A DNA stretch of 64,000 bases from Balanoglossus misakiensis (taxonomy: Eukaryota > Animalia > Hemichordata). The stretch is taken from NCBI GenBank assembly GCA_040954595.2, contig CM082593.2:9619200-9683199 (forward strand), written 5' to 3'. The notes below the pieces were generated by a model. It ran no database searches, was not told the origin of the DNA, and saw only the letters and a list, made by a program, of their open reading frames with translations. The position numbers were made by a program, and so were the translations under genes. Shown here in pieces: positions 37,138-50,300 of this stretch. Within the stretch, counting starts at the first letter, position 1. Every line of letters begins with the position of its first letter.

Positions 37138-38909
37138 TTTTTATTTTTGGATGATTTTCAAGAGCTCAAACCCATGATTTTTTTCCCAATAATGTGAAGA
37201 GATGTTGAACTTTCGCAAAGTCTAAAAATAATCATTTTTGGACGATTTTCAGGACCTATAACCAATGACTTTTTTCAAAAATGTGAAGAAAATTTGATCT
37301 TTCGCAATGTGGAAAAATTGTTATTTTTGGATGATTTTCATTAGCTATAACCCATGATTTTTTTCAAAAAAGGGAAGAAATTTTGAACTTTCGCAAAGTC
37401 GAATAAATTTTATTTTTGGACGATTTTCATGAGCTGTAACTCATGATTTTTTTCAAAAAATGAAGAAATTTTGAACTTTCGCAATGTGGAAAAATTGTCA
37501 TTTTTGGATGATTTTCATTAGCTATAACCCATGATTTTTTTCAAAAAAGGGAAGAAATTTTGAACTTTCGCAAAGTCGAAAATTTTTTATTTTTGGACGA
37601 TTTTCATGATTTTTTTCAAAAAATTAAGAAATTTTGAAATTTCGCATAGTTGAAAAATTGTATTTTTGAGATGATTTTCATAAGCTATAACGCATGATTT
37701 TTTTCAAAAATGTGAAGAAATTTTCAAATTTCGCAAAGTCGAAAAATTGTCATTTTTGGACGATTTTCATGAGCTGTAACTCATGATTTTTTTCAAAAAA
37801 TGAAGAAATTTTGAACTTTCGCAGTGTGGAAAAATTGTATTTTTTTGATGATTTTCATAAGCTATAACGCATGATTTTTTTCAAAAATGTGAAGAAATTT
37901 TGAAATTTCGCAAAGTCGAAAAATTGTCATTTTTGGACGATTTTCATGAGCTGTAACTCATGATTTTTTTCAAAAAATGAAGAAATTTTGAACTTTCGCA
38001 ATGAGGAAAAATTGTACCTTTTGATGATTTTCATAAGCTATAACCCATGATTTTTTTCAAAAAGTGAAGAAATTTTGAAATTTCGCAAAGTCGAAAAAAT
38101 TGTTATGTTTGGGTGATTTTCATGACCCATGATTTTTTTCAAAAAATGAAGAAATTTTGAACTTTCGCAATGTGGAAAAATTGTCATTTTTGGATGATTT
38201 TCATGAGCTATAACGCATGATTTTTTTCTTCAAAAATGTGAAAAAATGTTGAACGTTCGCAATGTTGAAAAATTGTCATTTTGGGATGATGTTCATGGGC
38301 TATAACCCTTGATTTTTTTTCTTCAAAAATGTAAAGAAAATTTGAACTTTCGCAATGTGGAAAAATTGTCATTTTTGGATGATTTTCATTAGCTATAACC
38401 CATGATTTTTTTTCAAAAAAGTGAAGAAATTTTGAACTTTCGCAAAGTCTAAAAATAGTCATTTTTGGACTATTTTCAGGACCTATAACCCATGATTTTC
38501 TTCAGAAAATGATGAAATTTTGAAATTTCGCATAGTCGAATTTTTTTTTATTTTAGGTGATATTAATGACCCATGATTTTTTCAAAAAAGTGAAGAAATG
38601 TTGAAATTTCGCAAAGTCGAAAAATTGTCATTTTTGCATAATGTTCATGAGCTATAACCCATGATTTTTTTCTTTTGAAATTTCGCAAAGTAACTCATGA
38701 TTTTTTCAAAAAATGAAGAAATTTTGAACTTTCGCAAAGACGAAAAATTGTCATTTTTAAATGATTTTCATGAGCTATAACGCATGATTTTTTTCTTCAA
38801 AAATGTGAAAAAAGATTGAACTTTCGCAAAGTCGAAAAATACACATTTTTGGACAATTTTCATGAGCTGTAGCCCAAGAAATTTCGAACTTTCGCAAAGT
38901 CGATTTTTT

Positions 38910-40180
38910 AGGTCCCATTGGTATAGGCCTATATACCATGGGACCTTATGGGATGGGTTACGTCTGTGTGTATGTATGGATGGATGGATGTATGTATGGA
39001 TGTATGTCTGTATGTCCGTCCACATCAAAAACTTAAAAACCGCTGCGCGTATCACCTCAATATGTGGTGTGTAGGTGCAGGCAGGGCTGTAGATGGGAGT
39101 TTGTCCAAACGAAGTTGCCAGGCCCAAAAATATGCAAATTAGCTGGAAAAATGTGAAATTTATCAAAACTCTGTAAGTCAACAACTACTCGTCAGATTGC
39201 TTTAAAAATTGGTATGCATGTACCTTATGTCAACCTCACATCGACCTGTAAGTGTTAAGTTGATATCATGGATGTTTTATTTTTTATGAATTTTTTAGTA
39301 TTTTTATTAAATTTATACCTTTACTTATACCTCTATGGTTAAGCTATGTCCACGTCTTATTTTGGAATTCTGGTCTGTGCAATAGTCCTGTACAGTGACT
39401 GTCTATTGGTCAGTGAGCACAATGGGGCCAAAATAAAAGGCAAATTTTTGGGCTCACCTGTAACACCTGCTTAACACATTAATTATGTGCATACCTAATT
39501 CCGGGCTAACTAACAGGGCTAGAGGTTTCGTTCTAGTGGGACATGGACCAGTATAGGGTCAAAATTTCTTGCCAAAATTTTGGGTGACCTCAGGTGACCT
39601 TTGACCTACTTTCCAATATCTCGGCATCCAGAGCAGGTACAGACTTGGCGTTTGGAGGGTTGGGACTAAAATTGAAAAGCCAAAATTGGGGGTCACCTGT
39701 GACACCTGCATATCTCATTAATTATGTGCATACCTAATTCCAGGCTAACCAATAAGGCTATAGGTTTGGTTTTTGTTGAACATGGACCAGTAAAGGATCA
39801 AAATTTCTTGCCCAAATTTTGCATGACCTCAGGTGACCTTTGACCTACTTTATCATATCTTGGCATCCAGAGCAGGTACAGACTTGGCGTTTGGAGGGTT
39901 GGGACTAAAATTGAAAAGCCAAAATTGGGGGTCACCTGTGACACCTGCATATCTCATTAATTATGTGCATACCTAATTCCAGGCTAACCAATAAGGCTAT
40001 AGGTTTGGTTTTTGTTGAACATGGACCAGTAAAGGGTCAAAATTTCTTGCCCAAATTTTGCATGACCTCAGGTGACCTTTGACCTACTTTTCCATATCTT
40101 GGCATCCATAGCAGATATGCTTATTGCTATGTTGCTATGTGCTATGTCCTTAAATGGGACCACAGTGTCCTTGACGCTAT
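38910..40180 (+). mobile_element. HINE family A (~3 units)
   Basis: TTTTT-AGGTCCCATTGG hairpin, microsatellite, 239-bp units, 3' GGGACC plus stem-loop and T run. Confidence 0.87.
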
Positions 40181-41728
40181 TTTTTAAATTTTTGGATGAT
40201 TTTCAAGAGCTCAAACCCATGATTTTTTTCCCAATAATGTGAAGAGATGTTGAACTTTCGCAAAGTCTAAAAGTAGTCATTTTTGGACGATTTTCAGGAC
40301 CTATAACCCATTATTTTCTTCAAAAAATGAAGAAATTTTGAACTTTCGCAAAGACGAAAAATTGTCATTTTTGGATGATTTTCATGAGCTATAACGCATG
40401 ATTTTTTTCTTCAAAAATGTGAAAAAATGTTGAACGTTCGCAATGTTGAAAAATTGTCATTTTGGGATGATGTTCATGGGCTATAACCCTTGATTTTTTT
40501 TCTTCAAAAATGTGAAGAAATTTTGAACTTTCGCAAAGATGAAAAATTGTCATTTTTGGATGATTTTCATGATCTATAACGCATGATTTTTTCCTTAAAA
40601 AATGTGAAGAAATTTTGAACTTTCGCAATGTGGAAAAATTTTCATTTTTGGATGATTTTCATGATCTATAACCCATGATTTTTTTCTTCAAAACTGTGAA
40701 GAAATTTTGAACTTTCGCATAATCGAAAAATACTCTTTTTTGGGTGATTTTCATGAGCTGTTACTCATGATTTTTTCAAAAATGAAGAAATTTTGAACTT
40801 TCGCAAAGACGAAAAATTGTCATTTTCTGGATGATTTTCATGAGCTATAACGCATGATTTTTTTCTTCAAAAATGTAAAGAAAATTTGAACTTTCGCAAT
40901 ATGAAAAAATTGTCATTTATTGATGATTTGCATTAGCTATAACCCATGATTTTCTTCAAAAATTTGAAGAAAATTTGATAATTCGCAATGTGGAAAAATT
41001 GTCATTTATGGATGATTTTCATTAGCTATAACCCATGATTTTTTTCAAAAAAGGGAAGAAATTTTGAACTTTCGCAAAGTCGAACATTTTTCATTTTCGG
41101 ACGATTTTCATTAGCTGTAACTCATGATTTTTTTCAAAAAATTAAGAAATTTTGAAATTTCGCAAAGTTGAAAAATTGTATTTTTGAGATGATATTCATA
41201 AGCTATAACGCATGATTTTTTTCAAAAATGTGAAGAAATTTTGAAATTTCGCAGAGTCGAAAAATTGTCATTTTTGGACGATTTTCATGAGCTATAACCC
41301 ATGATTTTTTCTTCAAAAATGTGAAGAAAATTTGAACTTTCGCAAAGTCTAAAAATAGTCATTTTTGGACTATTTTCAGGACCTATAACCCATGATTTTC
41401 TTCAGAAAATGATGAAATTTTGAAATTTCGCAAAGTCGAAAAATTGTCATTTTTGCATAATGTTCATGAGCTATAACCCATGATTTTTTTCTTTTGAAAT
41501 TTCGCAAAGTAACTCATGATTTTTTCAAAAAATGAAGAAATTTTGAACTTTCGCAAAGACGAAAAATTGTCATTTTTAAATGATTTTCATGAGCTATAAC
41601 GCATGATTTTTTTCTTCAAAAATGTGAAAAAAGATTGAACTTTCGCAAAGTCGAAAAATACACATTTTTGGACAATTTTCATGAGCTGTAGCCCAAGAAA
41701 TTTCGAACTTTCGCAAAGTCGATTTTTT

Positions 41729-42999
41729 AGGTCCCATTGGTATAGGCCTATATACCATGGGACCTTATGGGATGGGTTACGTCTGTGTGTATGTATGGAT
41801 GGATGGATGTATGTATGGATGTATGTCTGTATGTCCGTCCACATCAAAAACTTAAAAACCGCTGCGCGTATCACCTCAATATGTGGTGTGTAGGTGCAGG
41901 CAGGGCTGTAGATGGGAGTTTGTCCAAACGAAGTTGCCAGGCCCAAAAATATGCAAATTAGCTGGAAAAATGTGACATTTATCAAAACTCTGTAAGTCAA
42001 CAACTACTCGTCAGATTGCTTTAAAAATTGGTATGCATGTACCTTATGTCAACCTCACATCGACCTGTAAGTGTTAAGTTGATATCATGGATGTTTTATT
42101 TTTTATGAATTTTTTAGTATTTTTATTAAATTTATACCTTTACTTATACCTCTATGGTTAAGCTATGTCCACGTCTTATTTTGGAATTCTGGTCTGTGCA
42201 ATAGTCCTGTACAGTGACTGTCTATTGGTCAGTGAGCACAATGGGGCCAAAATAAAAGGCAAATTTTTGGGCTCACCTGTAACACCTGCTTAACACATTA
42301 ATTATGTGCATACCTAATTCCGGGCTAACTAACAGGGCTAGAGGTTTCGTTCTAGTGGGACATGGACCAGTATAGGGTCAAAATTTCTTGCCAAAATTTT
42401 GGGTGACCTCAGGTGACCTTTGACCTACTTTCCAATATCTCGGCATCCAGAGCAGGTACAGACTTGGCGTTTGGAGGGTTGGGACTAAAATTGAAAAGCC
42501 AAAATTGGGGGTCACCTGTGACACCTGCATATCTCATTAATTATGTGCATACCTAATTCCAGGCTAACCAATAAGGCTATAGGTTTGGTTTTTGTTGAAC
42601 ATGGACCAGTAAAGGATCAAAATTTCTTGCCCAAATTTTGCATGACCTCAGGTGACCTTTGACCTACTTTATCATATCTTGGCATCCAGAGCAGGTACAG
42701 ACTTGGCGTTTGGAGGGTTGGGACTAAAATTGAAAAGCCAAAATTGGGGGTCACCTGTGACACCTGCATATCTCATTAATTATGTGCATACCTAATTCCA
42801 GGCTAACCAATAAGGCTATAGGTTTGGTTTTTGTTGAACATGGACCAGTAAAGGGTCAAAATTTCTTGCCCAAATTTTGCATGACCTCAGGTGACCTTTG
42901 ACCTACTTTTCCATATCTTGGCATCCATAGCAGATATGCTTATTGCTATGTTGCTATGTGCTATGTCCTTAAATGGGACCACAGTGTCCTTGACGCTAT
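41729..42999 (+). mobile_element. HINE family A, duplicate of the 38910 copy
   Basis: Near-identical at offset 2819, with the same flanks. Confidence 0.87.
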
Positions 43000-44547
43000 T
43001 TTTTAAATTTTTGGATGATTTTCAAGAGCTCAAACCCATGATTTTTTTCCCAATAATGTGAAGAGATGTTGAACTTTCGCAAAGTCTAAAAGTAGTCATT
43101 TTTGGACGATTTTCAGGACCTATAACCCATTATTTTCTTCAAAAAATGAAGAAATTTTGAACTTTCGCAAAGACGAAAAATTGTCATTTTTGGATGATTT
43201 TCATGAGCTATAACGCATGATTTTTTTCTTCAAAAATGTGAAAAAATGTTGAACGTTCGCAATGTTGAAAAATTGTCATTTTGGGATGATGTTCATGGGC
43301 TATAACCCTTGATTTTTTTTCTTCAAAAATGTGAAGAAATTTTGAACTTTCGCAAAGATGAAAAATTGTCATTTTTGGATGATTTTCATGATCTATAACG
43401 CATGATTTTTTCCTTAAAAAATGTGAAGAAATTTTGAACTTTCGCAATGTGGAAAAATTTTCATTTTTGGATGATTTTCATGATCTATAACCCATGATTT
43501 TTTTCTTCAAAACTGTGAAGAAATTTTGAACTTTCGCATAATCGAAAAATACTCTTTTTTGGGTGATTTTCATGAGCTGTTACTCATGATTTTTTCAAAA
43601 ATGAAGAAATTTTGAACTTTCGCAAAGACGAAAAATTGTCATTTTCTGGATGATTTTCATGAGCTATAACGCATGATTTTTTTCTTCAAAAATGTAAAGA
43701 AAATTTGAACTTTCGCAATATGAAAAAATTGTCATTTATTGATGATTTGCATTAGCTATAACCCATGATTTTCTTCAAAAATTTGAAGAAAATTTGATAA
43801 TTCGCAATGTGGAAAAATTGTCATTTATGGATGATTTTCATTAGCTATAACCCATGATTTTTTTCAAAAAAGGGAAGAAATTTTGAACTTTCGCAAAGTC
43901 GAACATTTTTCATTTTCGGACGATTTTCATTAGCTGTAACTCATGATTTTTTTCAAAAAATTAAGAAATTTTGAAATTTCGCAAAGTTGAAAAATTGTAT
44001 TTTTGAGATGATATTCATAAGCTATAACGCATGATTTTTTTCAAAAATGTGAAGAAATTTTGAAATTTCGCAGAGTCGAAAAATTGTCATTTTTGGACGA
44101 TTTTCATGAGCTATAACCCATGATTTTTTCTTCAAAAATGTGAAGAAAATTTGAACTTTCGCAAAGTCTAAAAATAGTCATTTTTGGACTATTTTCAGGA
44201 CCTATAACCCATGATTTTCTTCAGAAAATGATGAAATTTTGAAATTTCGCAAAGTCGAAAAATTGTCATTTTTGCATAATGTTCATGAGCTATAACCCAT
44301 GATTTTTTTCTTTTGAAATTTCGCAAAGTAACTCATGATTTTTTCAAAAAATGAAGAAATTTTGAACTTTCGCAAAGACGAAAAATTGTCATTTTTAAAT
44401 GATTTTCATGAGCTATAACGCATGATTTTTTTCTTCAAAAATGTGAAAAAAGATTGAACTTTCGCAAAGTCGAAAAATACACATTTTTGGACAATTTTCA
44501 TGAGCTGTAGCCCAAGAAATTTCGAACTTTCGCAAAGTCGATTTTTT

Positions 44548-45045
44548 AGGTCCCATTGGTATAGGCCTATATACCATGGGACCTTATGGGATGGGTTACG
44601 TCTGTGTGTATGTATGGATGGATGGATGTATGTATGGATGTATGTCTGTATGTCCGTCCACATCAAAAACTTAAAAACCGCTGCGCGTATCACCTCAATA
44701 TGTGGTGTGTAGGTGCAGGCAGGGCTGTAGATGGGAGTTTGTCCAAACGAAGTTGCCAGGCCCAAAAATATGCAAATTAGCTGGAAAAATGTGAAATTTA
44801 TCAAAACTCTGTAAGTCAACAACTACTCGTCAGATTGCTTTAAAAATTGGTATGCATGTACCTTATGTCAACCTCACATCGACCTGTAAGTGTTAAGTTG
44901 ATATCATGGATGTTTTATTTTTTATGAATTTTTTAGTATTTTTATTAAATTTATACCTTTACTTATACCTCTATGGTTAAGCTATGTCCACGTCTTATTT
45001 TGGAATTCTGGTCTGTGCAATAGTCCTGTACAGTGACTGTCTATT
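44548..45045 (+). mobile_element. HINE family A, third duplicate, 3'-deleted
   Basis: Offset 2819 from 41729; breaks into satellite after GACTGTCTATT. Confidence 0.85.
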
Positions 45046-45861
45046 TGTCATTTTTGGATGATTTTCATGATCTATAACGCATGATTTTTTCCTTAAAAAA
45101 TGTGAAGAAATTTTGAACTTTCGCAATGTGGAAAAATTGTCATTTTTGGATGATTTTCATGATCTATAACCCATGATTTTTTTCTTCAAAACTGTGAAGA
45201 AATTTTGAACTTTCGCATAATCGAAAAATACTCTTTTTTGGGTGATTTTCATGAGCTGTTACTCATGATTTTTTCAAAAATGAAGAAATTTTGAACTTTC
45301 GCAAAGACGAAAAATTGTCATTTTCTGGATGATTTTCATGAGCTATAACGCATGATTTTTTTCTTCAAAAATGTAAAGAAAATTTGAACTTTCGCAATAT
45401 GAAAAAATTGTCATTTATTGATGATTTGCATTAGCTATAACCCATGATTTTCTTCAAAAATTTGAAGAAAATTTGATAATTCGCAATGTGGAAAAATTGT
45501 CATTTATGGATGATTTTCATTAGCTATAACCCATGATTTTTTTCAAAAAAGGGAAGAAATTTTGAACTTTCGCAAAGTCGAACATTTTTCATTTTCGGAC
45601 GATTTTCATTAGCTGTAACTCATGATTTTTTTCAAAAAATTAAGAAATTTTGAAATTTCGCAAAGTTGAAAAATTGTATTTTTGAGATGATTTTCATAAG
45701 CTATAACGCATGATTTTTTTCAAAAATGTGAAGAAATTTTGAAATTTCGCAGAGTCGAAAAATTGTCATTTTTGGACGATTTTCATGAGCTGTAACTCAT
45801 GATTTTTTTCAAAAAATGAAGAAATTTTGAACTTTCGCAATGTGGAAAAATTGTATTTTTT

Positions 45862-47375
45862 AGGTCCCATTGGTATAGGCCTATATACCATGGGACCTTA
45901 TGGGATGGGTTGCGTCTGTGTGTATGTATGGATGGATGGATGGATGTATGTATGGATGTATGTCTGTATGTCCGTCCACATCAAAAACTTGAAAACCGCT
46001 GCGCGTATCACCTCAATATTTGGTGTGTAGGTGCAGGCAGGGCTGTAGATGGGAGTTTGTCCAAACGAAGTTGCCAGGCCCAAAAATATGCAAATTAGCT
46101 GGAAAAATGTGAAATTTATCAAAACTCTGTAAGTCAACAACTACTCGTCAGATTGCTTTAAAAATTGGTATGCATGTACCTTATGTCAACCTCACATCGA
46201 CCTGTAAGTGTTAAGTTGATATCATGGATGTTTTATTTTTTATGAATTTTTTAATATTTTTATTAAATTTATACCTTTACTTATACCTCTATGGTTAAGC
46301 TATGTCCACGTCTTATTTTGGAATTCTGGTCTGTGCAATAGTCCTGTACAGTGACTGTCTATTGGTCAGTGAGCACAATGGGGCCAAAATAAAAGGCAAA
46401 TTTTTGGGCTCACCTGTAACACCTGCTTAACACATTAATTATGTGCATACCTAATTCCGGGCTAACTAACAGGGCTAGAGGTTTCGTTCTTGTGGGACAT
46501 GGACCAGTATAGGGTCAAAATTTCTTGCCCAAATTTTGGGTGACCTCAGGTGACCTTTGACCTACTTTCCTATATCTCGGCATCCAGAGCAGGTACAGAC
46601 TTGGCGTTTGGAGGGTTGGGACTAAAATTGAAAAGCCATAATTGGGGGTCACCTGTGACACCTGCATATCTCATTAATTATGTGCATACCTAATTCCAGG
46701 CTAACCAATAAGGCTATAGGTTTGGTTTTTGTTGAACATGGACCAGTAAAGGATCAAAATTTCTTGCCCAAATTTTGCATGACCTCAGGTGACCTTTGAC
46801 CTACTTTACCATATTTTGGCATCCAGAGCAGGTACAGACTTCGCGTTTGGAGGGTTGGCACTAAATTTGAAAAGCCAAAATTGGGGGTCACCTGTGACAC
46901 CTGCATATCTCATTAATTATGTGCATACCTAATTCCAGGCTAACCAATAAGGCTATAGGTTTGGTTTTTATTGAACATGGACCAGTATAAGGTCAACATT
47001 TCTTGCCCAAATTTTGCATGACCTCAGGTGACCTTTGACCTACTTTATCATATCTTGGCATCCAGAGCAGGTACAGACTTGGCGTTTGGAGGGTTGGGAC
47101 TAAAATTGAAAAGCCAAAATTGGGGGTCACCTGTGACACCTGCATATCTCATTAATTATGTGCATACCTAATTCCAGGCTAACCAATAGGGCTATAGGTT
47201 TGGTTTTTGTTGAACATGGACCAGTATAGGGTCAAAATTTCTTGCCCAAATTTTGCATGTCCTCAGGTGACCTTTGACCTACTTTTCTATATCTTGGCAT
47301 CCATAGCAGATATGCTTATTGCTATGTTGCTATGTGCTATGTCCTCAAATGGGACCACAGTGTCCTTGACGCTAT
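45862..47375 (+). mobile_element. HINE family A (~4 units), independent insertion
   Basis: Both ends complete; satellite flank differs from the other copies (TTGTATTTTTT|...|TTTTTGATGA). Confidence 0.87.
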
Positions 47376-50300
47376 TTTTTGATGATTTTCATAAGCTATA
47401 ACGCATGATTTTTTCAAAAATGTGAAGAAATTTTGAAATTTCGCAAAGTCGAAAAATTGTCATTTCTGGACGATTTTCATGAGCTGTAACTCATGATTTT
47501 TTTCAAAAAATGAAGAAATTTTGAACTTTCGCAATGTGGAAAAATTGTTATTTTTGGGTGATTTTCATGACCCATGATTTTTTTCAGAAAATGAAGACAT
47601 TTTGAACTTTCGCAAAGTCGAAAAATTGTCATTTTTTGGATGATTTTCATGATCTATAACCCATGATTTTTTTCTTCAAAACTGTGAAGAAATTTTGAAC
47701 TTTCGCATAATCGAAAAATACTCTTTTTTGGGTGATTTTCATGAGCTATAACCCATGATTTTTTTCTTCAAAACTGTTAAGAAATGTTGAACTTTCGCAA
47801 AGTCAAAAAATACTCCTTTTTGGGTGATTTTCATGAGCTGTTACTCATGATTTTTTTTTTTAAATGAAGAAATTTTGAAATTTCGTAAAGTCGAAAATTT
47901 GTCATTTTTTGATGATTTTCATAAGCTATAACGCATGATTTTTTTCAAAAATGTGAAGAAATTTTGAAATTTCGCAAAGTCGAAAAATTGTCATTTTTGG
48001 AGGATTTTCATGAGCTGTAACTCATGATTTTTTTCAAAAAAATGAAGAAATTTTGAACTTTCGCAATGTGGAAAATTGTATTTTTTTTATGATTTTCATA
48101 AGCTATAACGCATGATTTTTTTCAAAAATGTGAAAAAATTTTAAAATTTCGCAAAGTCTAAAAATAGTCATTTTTGAACGATTTTCTGGACCTATAAGCC
48201 ATTATTTTCTTCAAAAAAAAGATGAAAAATTGTCATTTTTGGATGATTTTCATGATCTATAATGCACGATTTTTTCCTTCAAAAATGTGAAGAAATTTTG
48301 AACTTTCGCAATGTGGAAAAATTGTCATTTTTGGATGATTTTCATGAGCTATAACCCATGATTTTTTTCTTCAAAACTGTGAAGAAATGTTGAACTTTCG
48401 CAAAGTGAAAAAATACTCCTTTTTGGGTGATTTTCATGAGCTGTTACTCATGATTTTTTAAAAAAAAATGAAGAAATTTTGAAATTTCGCAAAGTCGAAA
48501 AATTGTAATTTTTTGATGGTTTTCATGAGCTGTAACGCATGATTTGTTTCAAAAAATGAAGAAATTTTGAAATTACGCAAAGTCGAAAATTTGTCATTTT
48601 TTGATGATTTTCATAAGCTATAACGCATGATTTTTTTCAAAAATGTGAAGAAATTTTGAAATTTCGCAAAGTCTAAAAATAGTCATTTTTGAACGATTTT
48701 CTGGACCTATAACCCATTATTTTCTTCAAATAATGAAGAAATTTTCAAATTTCGCAAAGTCGAAAAAATTGTTATGTTTGGGTGATTTTCATGACCCATG
48801 ATTTTTTTCAAAAAATGAAGAAATTTTGAACTTTCGCTACGTGGAAAAATTGTCATTTTTGGATGATTTTTCATGAGCTATAACGCATGATTTTTTTCTT
48901 CAAAAATGGGAAAAAATTTTGAACGTTCGCAATGTTGAAAAATTTTCATTTTGGGATGATGTTCATGGGCAATAACCCTTGATTTTTTTTCTTCAAAAAT
49001 GTGAAGAAATTTTGAACTTTCGCAAAGATGAAAAATTGTCATTTTTGGATGATTTTCATGATCTATAACGCATGATTTTTTTCTTCAAAAATGTGAAGAA
49101 ATTTTGAACTTTCGCAATGTGGAAAAATTGTCATATTTGGATGATTTTCATGAGCTATTACCCATGATTTTTTTTCTTCAAAACTGTGAAGAAATGTTGA
49201 ACTTTCGCAAAGTCAAAAAATACTCCTTTTTGGATGGTTTTCATGATCCATGATTTTTTTTAAAAAAATGAAGAAATTTTGAACTTTCGCAATGTGGAAA
49301 AATTGTCATTTTTGGATGATTTTCAAGAGCCAAAACCCATGATTTTTTTTCCAAAAATGTGAAGAGATGTTGAACTTGTGCAAAGTCGAAATTTTGTCAT
49401 TTTGGACGATTTTCATGACCCATTATTTGTTTTTCAAAAAAGTAAAGAAATTTTGAACTTTCGCAAAGTCTAAAAATAGTCATTTTTGAACGATTTTCTG
49501 GACCTATAACCCATTATTTTCTTCAAAAAATGAAGAAATTTTGAAATTTCGCAAAGTCGAAAAAATTGTTACGTTTGAGTGATTTTCATGACCCATGATT
49601 TTTTTCAAAAAATGAAGAAATTTTGAACGTTCGCAATGTTGAAAAATTGTCTTTTTGGGATGATGTTCATGGGCTATAACCCTTGATTTTTTTTCTTCAA
49701 AAATGTGAAGAAATTTTGAACTTTCGCAATGTGGAAAAATTGTCATTTTTGGATGATTTTCATAATCCATGATTTTTTTCAAACAATGAACAAATTTTGA
49801 ACTTTCGCAATGTGGAAAAATTGTCATTTTTGGATGATTTTCATTAGCTATAACCCATGATTTTTTTCCAAAAAATGAAGAAATTTTGAACTTTCAAAAA
49901 GTCAAAAAATTGTAATTTTTTGATGGTCTTCATAAGCTCTAACCCATGATTTTTTTCAAGAAAACGAAGAAATTTTGAACTTTCGCAAAGTCGAAAAGTT
50001 TTTATTTTTTGATGATTTTCAAGAGCCAAAACCCATGATTTTTTTTCCAAAAATGTGAAGAGATGTTGAACTTGTGCAAAGTCGAAATTTTGTCATTTTG
50101 GACGATTTTCATGACCCATTATTTTTTTTTCAAAAAAGTAAAGAAATTTTGAACTTTCGCAAAGTCTAAAAATAGTCATTTTTGAACGATTTTCTGGACC
50201 TATAACCCATTATTTTCTTCAAAAAATGAAGATATTTTGAAATTCGCAAGGTCGAAAAAATTGTTACGTTTGAGTGATTTTCATGACCCATGATTTTTTT

